Part shown: positions 43,121-52,925 of the stretch, in pieces
Layout of the letters: every line of letters starts with the position of its first letter
Position numbering within the stretch: position 1 is the first letter of the stretch
Source: an uncultured Desulfosarcina sp.
GTDB lineage: Bacteria; Desulfobacterota; Desulfobacteria; Desulfobacterales; Desulfosarcinaceae
NCBI GenBank assembly: GCA_963674945.2
Contig: CAXXWQ010000004.1
Location: 896,001-960,000 of the forward strand
Direction: 5' to 3'
DNA: 64,000 nucleotides
Position numbers and translations under genes: made by a program
Notes under the pieces: generated by a model
Databases searched by the model: none
The model's input: only the letters and a program-made list of their open reading frames with translations
What the model was told of the DNA's origin: nothing

Positions 43121-43408
43121 ATATTTTCGATGTAGCCTTCGTAATGAATAACAGGAGGGATGTCCCTGCTTTTGAATACGGCTTCAAAACCTGCCTCCAC
43201 CAACACCTGATCAACCGTTTTTTCGCCGATGACCGGAACGGTTCTCGGAACCATCAAATCTATATCACGTGTACGGATTGGTTCATGACTTGTGTTTCCC
43301 AATAAATATCGGTGATAAACGAAAGGCGCCCATCCCCCTCCGATCACTATCACTGGGAGGTAATCTTTGAGTATCCAGAGTGTCTTTAAAAATCCAGAAA
43401 CAAAAAAG

Positions 43409-44521
43409 TCATTCACTCCGATTCACCTTTTCAAATAAAGGTTTAATCTTTTTGTCCATTAGATGCTCAGCCTGCTCCAGACCGCGAATTGGATAGCTAT
43501 GCAGATCCAGATACAGCTGAATATCTGAGACAACTCGAAGGCTATCGATAATTCGGCTGTCATGAAAAACGGAATGCTTGTAATAGGGAAGCATTAAAAT
43601 CAGATTTGCCCCTTGTTCTGCGTTTTCAAGGTTCAGCTGTTTTTCAAAATACTCCAAGGCCATTTTATTGCCGACGTACATATGAATTTCTTGATAAGCA
43701 GCATATGGGGCAACCAGATTGCCGCCGGCCTGAACACTAAGCGCATAATTGACATTGGAAGGTATTTTTAGATTTCGAATCTTATCCAAAACGTCAACCG
43801 AACTCGTTGCCATCAAAAAATAGCCGAAATTTTTGTTTTTATTGAAATTATAATTTCTGGTCCAGTCATCGAGGATGCTTACAGGATCTCGAAGTTTTAT
43901 TTTGGAATGAATCCGTGAAATATATTTTCGTTTTTCAAGCTCTTTTGCCATGCGCGAAACAAAGCCTGGATCCAAATGAACCCTTTGGGCCAACTCCCTG
44001 ACGCCCCACAGATGTCCACCATCTTTAAGAATAGATCGAAGGATGAGACTGGCTTTATCTGAAAACGGCCCCCTGCCCTTCCGTTCTTCCGGAAACTTAT
44101 TTGGGAAACCAGTTCGCTCCACATAGAGGCTTCTAAATTTGATGAACACGTTTCCGGAAAGGTCAACAAAACAAACACCCTGATCCCGACAAATGTTCTG
44201 CCGCTGTTGGCTTAGATAGGGAGCAGCCAAGACCGGCACTGCATCATTAGACGCGTTTGCTATCGTCTTGAGTCTGGATATCTTGTCTTTCAACACTGAA
44301 AGACTGGTTTTCGCCACAATCTCAATAGTCAACTGAAAACGCAAATCACCATACCGGGCTCGAGCAACAAGATCTGGCGAATCGGATTCGTTTGATATCG
44401 CGCCTGACACCATGTTGATTTTCAGATCGTCTAAAGATAGAAGCCCTTCTAAGGATCTTTCCAGCTCTTTTTTTATTTTTTGTTCAGGTCTCATGTTGTC
44501 TACTTTTAGAATGTTGTCCAT
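43409..44521 (-). CDS. AbiEi-like type IV TA antitoxin / HTH regulator (370 aa), copy 1
   Basis: FVDLSGN, WGVRELAQ HTH, VVSDIQLYLDL...RGLEQAE; overlaps the NTase start. True start may be 44494. Confidence 0.75.
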   Translation of the reverse strand: MDNILKVDNMRPEQKIKKELERSLEGLLSLDDLKINMVSGAISNESDSPDLVARARYGDLRFQLTIEIVAKTSLSVLKDKISRLKTIANASNDAVPVLAAPYLSQQRQNICRDQGVCFVDLSGNVFIKFRSLYVERTGFPNKFPEERKGRGPFSDKASLILRSILKDGGHLWGVRELAQRVHLDPGFVSRMAKELEKRKYISRIHSKIKLRDPVSILDDWTRNYNFNKNKNFGYFLMATSSVDVLDKIRNLKIPSNVNYALSVQAGGNLVAPYAAYQEIHMYVGNKMALEYFEKQLNLENAEQGANLILMLPYYKHSVFHDSRIIDSLRVVSDIQLYLDLHSYPIRGLEQAEHLMDKKIKPLFEKVNRSE

Positions 44522-44595
44522 TTGGACAACAAGTTAATTAAAAACAACACTCACGTCAAGAATAAATTTGAAGCAACCATATGGAGAGGTGATCA

Positions 44596-45795
44596 ATGGC
44601 AACGATTAATCGCAAAGAACTCTACAAAAAGGTATGGGAAACGCCCATCACTCGATTGTCAAAGGAATATGGCTTATCTGATGTGGGCTTTGCCAAGATA
44701 TGCAGAAAACACAATATACCCAGGCCGCCACGGGGTTATTGGGCCAGAAAGGCGGCCGGATACAGGGTAAAACAGATCCCCTTGCCATCTGGGAAGAATG
44801 TTACAATTGAAATCAGCCCCAATCCATACATTCAGAAGGCCAATAAAAACAAAGAACTGGTTGCACAGATATCGCCGTCTGAACAGCCAAATGAGGCACC
44901 CATTGTTGTTCCCGACCGATTGACCAATCAGCACCATTTGACCAAACAAACTTCTGAAATCCTGAATGGCCGGCAACCAGACAAAGAAGGGATTGTACTT
45001 CCTACCAAGAAAGGATGCCTTGATATATCGGTTTCGAAAGCAAGCTTGAGACGAGCCCTTCGTATCATGGACACAATCCTTAAAGCCCTTGAGAAAAGGG
45101 AATGTGAAGTATACCTGTCCAAGGGGTACACCAAAACGAAAATCCATAACGTCCCCGTTAGTTTCAAAATCTACGAGAAATTGGTCAATAGGAGAAAAGA
45201 GCCCAAAGAACATAGTCTGGATAGCCGCTACCGGTTTGGGCACAGCAGGTTCATCGAAGAACGTATCCCCTCAGGGGATCTATGTCTCACAATTCACCAG
45301 GCCGATGGCTTTTATATTTACGGTTGTCAGCAAAACTGGAACGACGGGAAAAAATCAAAGCTCGAAGAGCGCATCAATAGTTTCATCGATGGCCTGGTAA
45401 CGGTCGCTGTTGCTAAGATCGCGCGTGACAAAGAAAAGATGGAGGAAGAAAAGCGAAGGATCGAACGGCAAAAAAGACTTGAAGAGGAAAGGGAGATACG
45501 CGCCGTGCTAAGACGCAAGTACATGGAAGAAGAAGCCAGGGTAAATCAATTAATAGCCGAAGCCGAAAATTGGAAAAAGAGCCAAATTCTCCGGGACTAC
45601 ATCGTTGAAATTGAAAGTAGCGCAACTAATGAAAATCTATCGCTTAGCCCCGAGAAGCCGTTAAACGAATGGCTAAAATGGGCCAAGGACCAGGCGGACC
45701 GGCTGGACCCTTTGAAACAAAGCCCGCCATCGATTCTCGACGAGGAATGCCCGCCGGAAGAGAAGCGAAATGAATATTCCTATTACCGATATTAA
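44596..45795 (+). CDS. Conserved hypothetical protein with N-terminal HTH-like motif and C-terminal coiled coil
   Basis: RKELYKKVW..P...LSKEYGLSDVGFAKICRKHNIPRPPRGYW; GGAGAGG RBS. Confidence 0.8.
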   Translation: MATINRKELYKKVWETPITRLSKEYGLSDVGFAKICRKHNIPRPPRGYWARKAAGYRVKQIPLPSGKNVTIEISPNPYIQKANKNKELVAQISPSEQPNEAPIVVPDRLTNQHHLTKQTSEILNGRQPDKEGIVLPTKKGCLDISVSKASLRRALRIMDTILKALEKRECEVYLSKGYTKTKIHNVPVSFKIYEKLVNRRKEPKEHSLDSRYRFGHSRFIEERIPSGDLCLTIHQADGFYIYGCQQNWNDGKKSKLEERINSFIDGLVTVAVAKIARDKEKMEEEKRRIERQKRLEEEREIRAVLRRKYMEEEARVNQLIAEAENWKKSQILRDYIVEIESSATNENLSLSPEKPLNEWLKWAKDQADRLDPLKQSPPSILDEECPPEEKRNEYSYYRY

Positions 45796-45809
45796 ATCAC
45801 GTTTTTGTC

Positions 45810-46991
45810 ATGAAACGAACCGAAACATACGAGGAAATCAAACCCCTGGTCGAGTTGTGTAAATCAGGCAAGCTTTTCGAGGTACAGGAATGGATTGCAT
45901 CTGGAAAACCGGTGAACCCTCCGCCATCGGAATTCGGATATAGAAAGAAAAGCCCTTTAGAAATAGCAATTGAAATGGGATTTCATAGTCTCGTTAAAGT
46001 TTTGCTCGAAGGAGGGGCTGACATCAATGAACCTCGGTATTGGCCATTAGATGAAGCCTTGCATAAACGTCGGTTGGACCTGGTCAAACTGCTTGTCGAG
46101 TACGGCGCTGATATCAATTCCGTCTCAATGGCAACCGTCTTTGAAACTTGGCAGCCCGATATCATGAAATGGTTTATTGAACAAGGCGCTGATGTCGAGA
46201 CCGACAATCCCCTTGCCTATGCCTTTTGTGAAAGGATAAGAACCGCTTTGGGTATATTTAAGAGCTACAGGGATCGGTTTCCCAGCTTCCAAGAACAAGC
46301 AAACATCGCTTTGCGTCATCACTGCAAGGAAGGTAACCTTAAGTGGGCGTCGCTTATGCTCTGGGTTGGAGCGGATCCGGAATCCAAAGGACCTTATTGC
46401 TGGAGCGAAGATCCGGACCCGGAGTTTGATCGAAATGCATTGGAATTGGCAGCTTTCTATGAGCATTTTGAAATTTTCAACCTGAAACCAATTCGTTTGG
46501 ATCCGGCAAAGCCTGAACTGAAAGAGATATTGTTAGAGGCATGTCATGCTAAAAATTCAGACTTTCTCAATAAACTGCTAAAAAAAGGATTCAAGCCATG
46601 TGAATATGAGAACAGCGGAACACCGTTGATACAGGCATTACTTTCCCGCCTGAGCTGGTATTTTGACTTCAATCGTTGGGACACCTGGAGTGATAATCGG
46701 ACTCCCAAAAGGGACAATGACAATGAAAAGGCCCGGGAGAAAATAAAGATGATTCACATGTTGTCGAAGCATGGTGCCAAATGGCTTCCCACTGACCGTT
46801 CAGAAATCGGAGACGCTCGTCGATCATTGCTGAAAATGAAACCAGATTATACTGTCGAGTTCATTTGGATAATGTCCAAATACAATGCCACTAAACGTGA
46901 AAACATCGAGGAGCTTATCCGGACACCTTCAATACGTTCCGTTGTTCATCAACATATGGTAAGGATAAATGAGCTCCTTAATAATTTTTAA
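45810..46991 (+). CDS. Ankyrin-repeat protein
   Basis: SPLEIAIEMG..SLVKVLLEGGADIN, PLDEAL...LVKLLVEYGADIN repeats. Confidence 0.8.
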   Translation: MKRTETYEEIKPLVELCKSGKLFEVQEWIASGKPVNPPPSEFGYRKKSPLEIAIEMGFHSLVKVLLEGGADINEPRYWPLDEALHKRRLDLVKLLVEYGADINSVSMATVFETWQPDIMKWFIEQGADVETDNPLAYAFCERIRTALGIFKSYRDRFPSFQEQANIALRHHCKEGNLKWASLMLWVGADPESKGPYCWSEDPDPEFDRNALELAAFYEHFEIFNLKPIRLDPAKPELKEILLEACHAKNSDFLNKLLKKGFKPCEYENSGTPLIQALLSRLSWYFDFNRWDTWSDNRTPKRDNDNEKAREKIKMIHMLSKHGAKWLPTDRSEIGDARRSLLKMKPDYTVEFIWIMSKYNATKRENIEELIRTPSIRSVVHQHMVRINELLNNF

Positions 46992-47048
46992 GTGTCTGAA
47001 AAATGACCGATAATTTTAAGATTAGGGGCTAAAGGAAACAAATAAGTT

Positions 47049-47318
47049 TTATGAAATTGAAGCCTTTTGAGCTAAATAATGCTGATCTAAGGATTGACGT
47101 AGATAGGTTTTTATGACAGCTTGCCGGCTGATATTTAATTCCTTTGCAAGGACGTCCAGTTCCTTGAGCATATCAACACTAAAGTCCACGTTAACTCTCT
47201 GAATGGCCGGTTTCATCTCGCCCTTATTGGTAAAATGCTGAGAGATGTCCTCACCACTCATGGCCTTTTCGGCAATTTCGTCAGCGGTTATTTTTTTCTT
47301 TTTAGCTGAACTCATCAT
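47049..47318 (-). CDS. CopG/RHH antitoxin (BrnA-like)
   Basis: QRVNVDF...LD..AKELNISRQAVIK; overlaps brnT. Confidence 0.8.
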   Translation of the reverse strand: MMSSAKKKKITADEIAEKAMSGEDISQHFTNKGEMKPAIQRVNVDFSVDMLKELDVLAKELNISRQAVIKTYLRQSLDQHYLAQKASIS

Positions 47319-47580
47319 ATAGTTGCTCTTCCTGTTTTGTTGATCTCCAGAGTGTGACAAGATGATAGTATTCACCTTTGTCATCTTCTCTGATTTCGTA
47401 TATTACCGAGTAAAGCCTTCCCTGCACCCATCCGATGGCACGAAACTGCTCTGGATCGTCACTACGACAGTCCACGTAATGGGGGTGCGTCCAAATTTCC
47501 TGGACCTCGGAGAAACCGATATTTCGGCGAGGGTCTGCTTTAAGCTTTTTACTCTTTCGACCGTCGTATTTAAACCTCAT
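47302..47580 (-). CDS. brnT: BrnT-family ribonuclease toxin
   Basis: MRFKYD..KS, IGF.E, RAIG, LVTLWRST.QE pattern. Confidence 0.78.
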   Translation of the reverse strand: MRFKYDGRKSKKLKADPRRNIGFSEVQEIWTHPHYVDCRSDDPEQFRAIGWVQGRLYSVIYEIREDDKGEYYHLVTLWRSTKQEEQLYDEFS

Positions 47581-47722
47581 GGATTTGAACTGTATAACAG
47601 TTATACCGCATTGTCAATGAAATAAGAAAAAGCACCGATAGCAACAAAAAAATGCTTGCTCATCGTATGCATCAAGGGGCACAGCTACCAACTGCGAAGA
47701 CACCAGATTGGAAAAACCGGTG

Positions 47723-47783
47723 TATCCGGCCTGAAGCCTGTTGCTTCCGCTTCGGCTGCAAGCTTCTCGGGAGAAATCTTCAT
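47723..47783 (-). pseudogene. First ~20 codons of AbiEii toxin
   Basis: MKISPEKLAAEAEATGFRPD matches the protein starting at 60317, then similarity stops. Confidence 0.85.
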
Positions 47784-48586
47784 GACACCTCTCCCCATGT
47801 TCGTTCGAGGACTTCGCTTGGGACCACCAAGTTCCATTCCGACACGAAGCGACCAGATTTCCGCTTGGAACGGTTTAGGTAATGAGGCTGCCTTGGACGC
47901 ATGTCGCGAAGCATATTAAGATGTCGGTCATCAACCATCAATGTTTCGCGGTGTTGATCGAGGAAAAACCCCACTTTCGCACCGGTGGTCGCATTTCCGA
48001 GCAGGAGCGCATATTCCACGACCTTATCGAGGTCGAAGAATTCGACGGACTCCAGCGACCGCCATATTTCCTCCCAACTTCCTGAGAGATCTGGACGATC
48101 AAGCACATCGACCAAGGTCCGTTCCAGGGTCGTAACCCTCAATTCCTGGCCAGACCGCTCTGCGGCCGAAACACCGAAATTTTCTTTCCCAGAACGGAGA
48201 AGCGCTTGACGAAACCTCGCTCCCCGGAAAACGTACGCTCGAAAATTCAAAGATCCAAGCGGACGGGATGCCGAGTAGACAAAGTGTGTATGAACCGAGT
48301 AAGCCTTGCCGTGAAATTCAAGCGCGGTGTAGTGCGACAGCACTGCATCCGGAGTTAACTTCGCTGCTACGAGAAAAGGGTCGATAGGATATGAATCGGG
48401 ATCGGCTCCCGGGGGAATAACTGCATACAACCCTCGTCGCACCAGGACAATCCGACCGGCCTTCCGGTGATAGGCTAAAAATGACTCCTGCGTTCGTCCA
48501 CGGACCTCACCCAGAGACGATAAATGACCAGTCAACTCTTTTCCGGTAAAAACCGGATGCTTTCGGAAAAACTCATCATGTTTCAT
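47780..48586 (-). CDS. AbiEi type IV TA antitoxin (268 aa), copy 1
   Basis: RRGLYAV, LSHYTALEFHG, VTTLERTLVDVLDRP; ATGA coupling to abiEii. Confidence 0.85.
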   Translation of the reverse strand: MKHDEFFRKHPVFTGKELTGHLSSLGEVRGRTQESFLAYHRKAGRIVLVRRGLYAVIPPGADPDSYPIDPFLVAAKLTPDAVLSHYTALEFHGKAYSVHTHFVYSASRPLGSLNFRAYVFRGARFRQALLRSGKENFGVSAAERSGQELRVTTLERTLVDVLDRPDLSGSWEEIWRSLESVEFFDLDKVVEYALLLGNATTGAKVGFFLDQHRETLMVDDRHLNMLRDMRPRQPHYLNRSKRKSGRFVSEWNLVVPSEVLERTWGEVS

Positions 48587-48824
48587 CGTCGGCGTCCTTG
48601 ACTTTGTTTCATGTTACCCATAAAAATTCCATGGGTTTCATAATTAAATGTCAAGTAAAAGCATCGGTCCAATCTATCCAACCGACTTGACAGAATAACA
48701 CATAACCCATATCTAATTATGGGTTTCGCATGTGCGTGTCAAGAGCCAAATGAGGAAATCGGGAGAAGTCGGATTTGTGGGATACAAAAAAAATGATTGA
48801 TTTGTCGGCGTATTTGCCGTAATA

Positions 48825-49985
48825 ATGCCGACTATGTTTACAAGAGAGTTGTTAAAAATTGAAACCTCTGCTTTTTTGCTTGGCCCCAGGGGGACGGGAA
48901 AGTCTACTTGGATTCAGCAAAACTATAAGGGCGATTCCGTTGTTTACGATCTTTTGAATACTACGGAATTGATTCGACTCAGCCGCGATCCTTCTCTACT
49001 TTACCAGGAAACAGCCCATTTGCCCCCGGACTCATGGGTTATCGTAGATGAAATTCAAAAAGTGCCGGATTTGCTTAATGAAGTCCACAGAATCATAGAG
49101 AACAAAAAGCTCCGCTTCATTTTGTCCGGTTCCAGCGCACGAAAAATTAGAGAGTCTGGAGTGAATTTACTGGCCGGCAGGGCACTTACCTACAATATGT
49201 TCCCTTTGGTGTCCAAGGAGGTCAACTTCGAGCTCGATCTGGAAAAGCAGATCGCATTTGGGATGCTTCCCAGTTCATTTTCAAATGCAAACCCCAAAAA
49301 ATACCTGCAGGCGTATGCGGAAACCTATTTGAAAGAAGAAATCAGGGCGGAAGCATTAACACGAAATTTCGGCAATTTTGCCCGCTTTTTGGAAATAGCC
49401 GCCCGCCAGAACGGCCAACTCACCAACACCGCTGCCATTGCCAGAGATGCGGGGGTAGCCCGGCAGACAGTTCAAGGATATTTCGACATTTTGAGTGATA
49501 CCCTGATCGGCTTTTGGCTTGAACCATGGAAACTGAAAAGGCCCACCAAACAAGTAGGCCATTCCAAATTTTACTTTTTCGATTCCGGCGTTGTCAGGGC
49601 TTTGTCCGGCCGGCTGCCTTATCTGCCAACACATGAAGAGTCAGGGCCGCTGTTTGAGTGCTTCATAATCAACGAACTAAGAGCGTACCTGCACTACACT
49701 GGGCGAGATTATCCGCTTCATTTCTGGAGAAGTCAGGGTGGCGTTGAAGTTGACATCATGCTTGAAACCGCAAGAGGTTATGTAGCCATCGAACTAAAAA
49801 ATGGTACCAGATGGGAGAAAAAGTTCAACCGTGGTATGCACAGATTATCAGATGCGTTGGGCAAAGACAAGGTTGCCTGTATCGGAGTTTTTATGGGTGA
49901 ACGACAGCTTACTATTGATGATGTTATCGTCTTCCCGGCGCTTGATTTTCTTAGGCAGTTATGGAGTGGCGAAATAATCTATTAA
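48825..49985 (+). CDS. AAA_14 ATPase with DUF4143 / C-terminal PD-(D/E)XK-like domain
   Basis: GPRGTGKS, VDEIQK, SGSSA, KFYFFDSG, EVD...IELK. Confidence 0.88.
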   Translation: MPTMFTRELLKIETSAFLLGPRGTGKSTWIQQNYKGDSVVYDLLNTTELIRLSRDPSLLYQETAHLPPDSWVIVDEIQKVPDLLNEVHRIIENKKLRFILSGSSARKIRESGVNLLAGRALTYNMFPLVSKEVNFELDLEKQIAFGMLPSSFSNANPKKYLQAYAETYLKEEIRAEALTRNFGNFARFLEIAARQNGQLTNTAAIARDAGVARQTVQGYFDILSDTLIGFWLEPWKLKRPTKQVGHSKFYFFDSGVVRALSGRLPYLPTHEESGPLFECFIINELRAYLHYTGRDYPLHFWRSQGGVEVDIMLETARGYVAIELKNGTRWEKKFNRGMHRLSDALGKDKVACIGVFMGERQLTIDDVIVFPALDFLRQLWSGEIIY

Positions 49986-50026
49986 TCAGAAAAACGCCCC
50001 GACCCCTCAATTACTTAGTCCCTGTT

Positions 50027-50612
50027 TTAGTTGTTTCTCCTACGCTTCTCCGCTCTATTTAGGTGGTGAGCCACAGAAGTTCCACCACATCCCAGTAAAA
50101 AATCAATTGAACACCGCAATGCATTAACCAATTTAACGATCACGTCTGTGCTTGTGTGGTAACCGGTTTCGATCCTTTTGATTTGATCGACTGGTAACCC
50201 GGAACGTTTAGAAACCTCCCTAATGCTGAACCCCATATCCTCACGCCAATAAATAACGAACACGTTTGCCCATTTCCGGATCTTGGGCCACAGGAAGCCC
50301 ATGTTCTTTATTGGTTTTGGTATGAAGGTATTTGGGTATATCTTCTTTCACCATCGTGTACGGTGAATCAGTCGTTTGGTAAAAAACGTGTCCCCACAAA
50401 AAATAATCCATCGGCTTGCCGGTGGCCATGGATACAGCTAATATGTAATTCAATGAAGGATTTTGGCTGGCTTTTGCGCTGTGAATATTGGATACCACGT
50501 TGATCTTCACACCCACTTTATTTGCCCATTCCGTCCTGGAATAGCCTTCCATCTCCTTTTCAATGCGTCGGAGGACATCTTTAAAATTTATGTCGACGTG
50601 ATATTTTTTCAT
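50027..50612 (-). pseudogene. Second copy of the dual-XRE repressor, frameshifted by a 4-bp duplication
   Basis: Parallels 37468-38046; CCAATAAATAACG at about 50246-50258 versus CCAATAACG in copy 1. Confidence 0.85.
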
Positions 50613-51118
50613 TATCTATTATTTTTTTCTTGACAATAAATTCATTGTATTTGTATTAATAATCTACACACCTTCAATTGAACCTGATCTCATATTATTA
50701 TAGAGTTGTTTCTCCTCAGTATCTTTATAGCATTCAGATCTTTTCAGCTATTGCTCTAATGGTGTAGAAGCAGGTCCTGATATTCAATTTTAATGTAATT
50801 CTAAAACATATGTCAACGAACAGCAAGGACTAATCATTTGATTTTCTATTTGCTAATATCGCTCACGGGAGATTCATTTTCAAATTACATTAATGCCTTA
50901 GCGGAATCAAATCCTATTCCATTAAACGTAGGACAAATAAAAATGGATATCGCTGAAAAACTCGAAAAAAAATTTGCTCGGCCTCTCACCGCAAAAGAGT
51001 TGATGGCCACGAGCTGTTTGTTGATTGCCGTATGGATGAATAAATGTTTGGACGAAGTGAAATCCCACTTTTTGAAACAACACATGAAGAAAGTGGACAT
51101 ATCCAAACGGGGAAGCAA

Positions 51119-51503
51119 TGGTGACAAGTCCAGAACGGTACCGATGTCACAAACGCTATCCGAAGCGATGAAAAAACATTTTTCGTTGATGGACGATCGT
51201 ATCTCGAATCCAAAAACGAAAGTCCTGTGGGATGAAACCCTGGCCTTTCCGTCACTGCGGACCGGCAAGCAATTAACAGACATTCGCCGGCCATTATGGA
51301 ACGTGATTGAAAAACCCGATATCTCGAGAAAGGTGATGCCGCATATTTTGCGACACAGCTTTGCAACCCACATGTTTGAAGCCGACGCGGATTTGAGAAC
51401 GATCCAGGAATTATTGGGCCATGAAGATATTGCCACAACCCAGGTGTACAAGCACGTTGCCATCAATAAGAAGAGGACAGTCATTGATTTGCTCAAACAA
51501 TAA
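51119..51503 (+). pseudogene. C-terminal third of the integrase (N-terminus deleted)
   Basis: Essentially identical to about 39302-39686; lacks the first catalytic Arg region. Confidence 0.88.
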
Positions 51504-51593
51504 CCAATATGACTTTGGACGGCTGATGACAAGCTTGTCATTTTTTCTTCGATTATTTATAGTTTTTTCGGTTACTTATTCTATAACCACCAA

Positions 51594-51639
51594 ACTCTTA
51601 ATCAGTAGGTTGAAGGTTCGATTCCTTCACGGCCCACCA
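51594..51639 (+). mobile_element. att core: 3' half of tRNA-Lys(CTT), copy 2
   Basis: 46-bp exact repeat of 39777-39822. Confidence 0.9.
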
Positions 51640-51859
51640 TCATTCATTTTTATGTTTAATAACGGGAAGTTAGGCTGTTTTGTTGCTTCCCGTTTTTTTG
51701 TACTTTCTTCCATTATTTTAATCAGTTGGTTGAAGATTTGATTGCTTCACGAACAAACCATAAATACTAAGCGAAATCGGTTATTTACACCTGTTTCGCT
51801 TTTTTGTTTTTTAGGGAGTCTCCATTAAAAAAATAACAAGGAAATGACAAGGTGGACAA

Positions 51860-52036
51860 GCGGATAGTAAACCCTCCAATGATTGCCGGCAAGATGAAGT
51901 CTCCCGGGATAGCACTGCCGCCTAAATCGAGACTGCCCTTCATCTTTCCCTTGAATTCGGCCATTGCGCTTTCGGTCTCATCCCGCAAGGCGAGCAGACG
52001 TTTGGCGTACTGGTATAGCAAGACGTCCACCCTTTC
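51860..52036 (-). pseudogene. LysR-family regulator fragment
   Basis: LLYQYAKRLLALRDE...KGSLDLGGSAIPGDFILP; the preceding IDRLAK lies just beyond the other IS66 end (55468-55485). Confidence 0.65.
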
Positions 52037-52117
52037 GTGTGTTTTCGGCAAGCGTGCATGAAATCCGCTGAGAGATGGGATATTATCGGTTGACCCCAAT
52101 AATAAGGAGGCCCGCCG

Positions 52118-52531
52118 ATGAATGACGATATCCAAGATGTTTCTATAATCGCTCCCAGCCTTGAGCAAGTTCAACAGCGGTTTGAATCCTGGCGAAAGCT
52201 GCGAAAGAAACGCACCCGAATTCCCCAAAACCTTTGGCAGGCAGCGGTCGCGCTATCAGAAGAGTACTCCATCTACCACCTGTCAAAGGCCCTGCGTGTA
52301 AACTACACGACGTTAAAGAAAAAAGTTGCCGGTACTCACTTGCCGGAAGAACACCCGTGCGAGATTTTCTCCACACCCTTTATAGAATTGCCGGCTCCGG
52401 CACCCCTTCTACCTGAATCCACCATCGAAATGATCAAAACGAACGGTTCGGTCATGAGAATGAATGTAAAAGGAGCCACCTGTTCCGATCTGGTGGAACT
52501 GGGAAAAGCATTTTTGGCTATGGCTTCATGA
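52118..52531 (+). CDS. IS66 TnpA-like accessory protein
   Basis: HTH-like RIPQNLWQAAV..L; ATGA overlap with tnpB. Confidence 0.7.
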   Translation: MNDDIQDVSIIAPSLEQVQQRFESWRKLRKKRTRIPQNLWQAAVALSEEYSIYHLSKALRVNYTTLKKKVAGTHLPEEHPCEIFSTPFIELPAPAPLLPESTIEMIKTNGSVMRMNVKGATCSDLVELGKAFLAMAS

Positions 52532-52884
52532 TTGCCATCACGCCACACATGCGGATTTTTGTTGCAGTGGAGCCGGCTGATTTTCGAAAAGGCATCGACG
52601 GATTAGCCAAGCTTTGCCGTGACCATCTCAAGGCGGACCCATTTTCCGGTGCCGTATTTGTTTTTCGCAACAAACGGGCCACGGCATTGAAAATTATTGT
52701 ATACGACGGCCAGGGATTCTGGCTTTGTCAAAAGCGGCTGTCGAAAGGGCGGTTTACCTGGTGGCCCAATGGCACGGATGATGTCTTGCGTCGGCTCAAT
52801 GCGTATCAACTGCAATCGCTGATTTGGAACGGAGACCTTGCCACCATCGAGGTCGCCCCGCATTGGAAAAAGATTCATGCATAG
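52528..52884 (+). CDS. tnpB: IS66 accessory protein TnpB
   Basis: PADFRKGIDGL, AVFVFRNK, YDGQGFWLCQKRL. Confidence 0.92.
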   Translation: MIAITPHMRIFVAVEPADFRKGIDGLAKLCRDHLKADPFSGAVFVFRNKRATALKIIVYDGQGFWLCQKRLSKGRFTWWPNGTDDVLRRLNAYQLQSLIWNGDLATIEVAPHWKKIHA

Positions 52885-52925
52885 GGGCTTGCGTTCCAGT
52901 AACGAGTGTGCTATGAATGCCGACC

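Larger units (their letters stand above)
40125..43416 (-). pseudogene. AbiEii-like (GSU2403-type) nucleotidyltransferase split by an IS
   Basis: N-part VIGGGWA...RTRDIDL (43121-43416) and C-part ...KKAKDLFY (40125-40664) rejoin in frame as EGYIEN-MDVEIEF when the insert and one ATATT are removed. Confidence 0.85.

Noticed and set aside
50838..51118. N-terminal part of the 221-aa ORF as a real integrase domain
   Set aside because: It largely corresponds to non-coding leader sequence of module 1 (about 38300-38440) joined to the int 3' end by deletion
37468..51639. Prophage or conjugative ICE
   Set aside because: No structural, terminase, primase, relaxase or T4SS genes seen
51785..52228. 147-aa minus-strand ORF as a gene
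   Set aside because: Chimera of antisense IS66 end, LysR fragment and att-arm sequence
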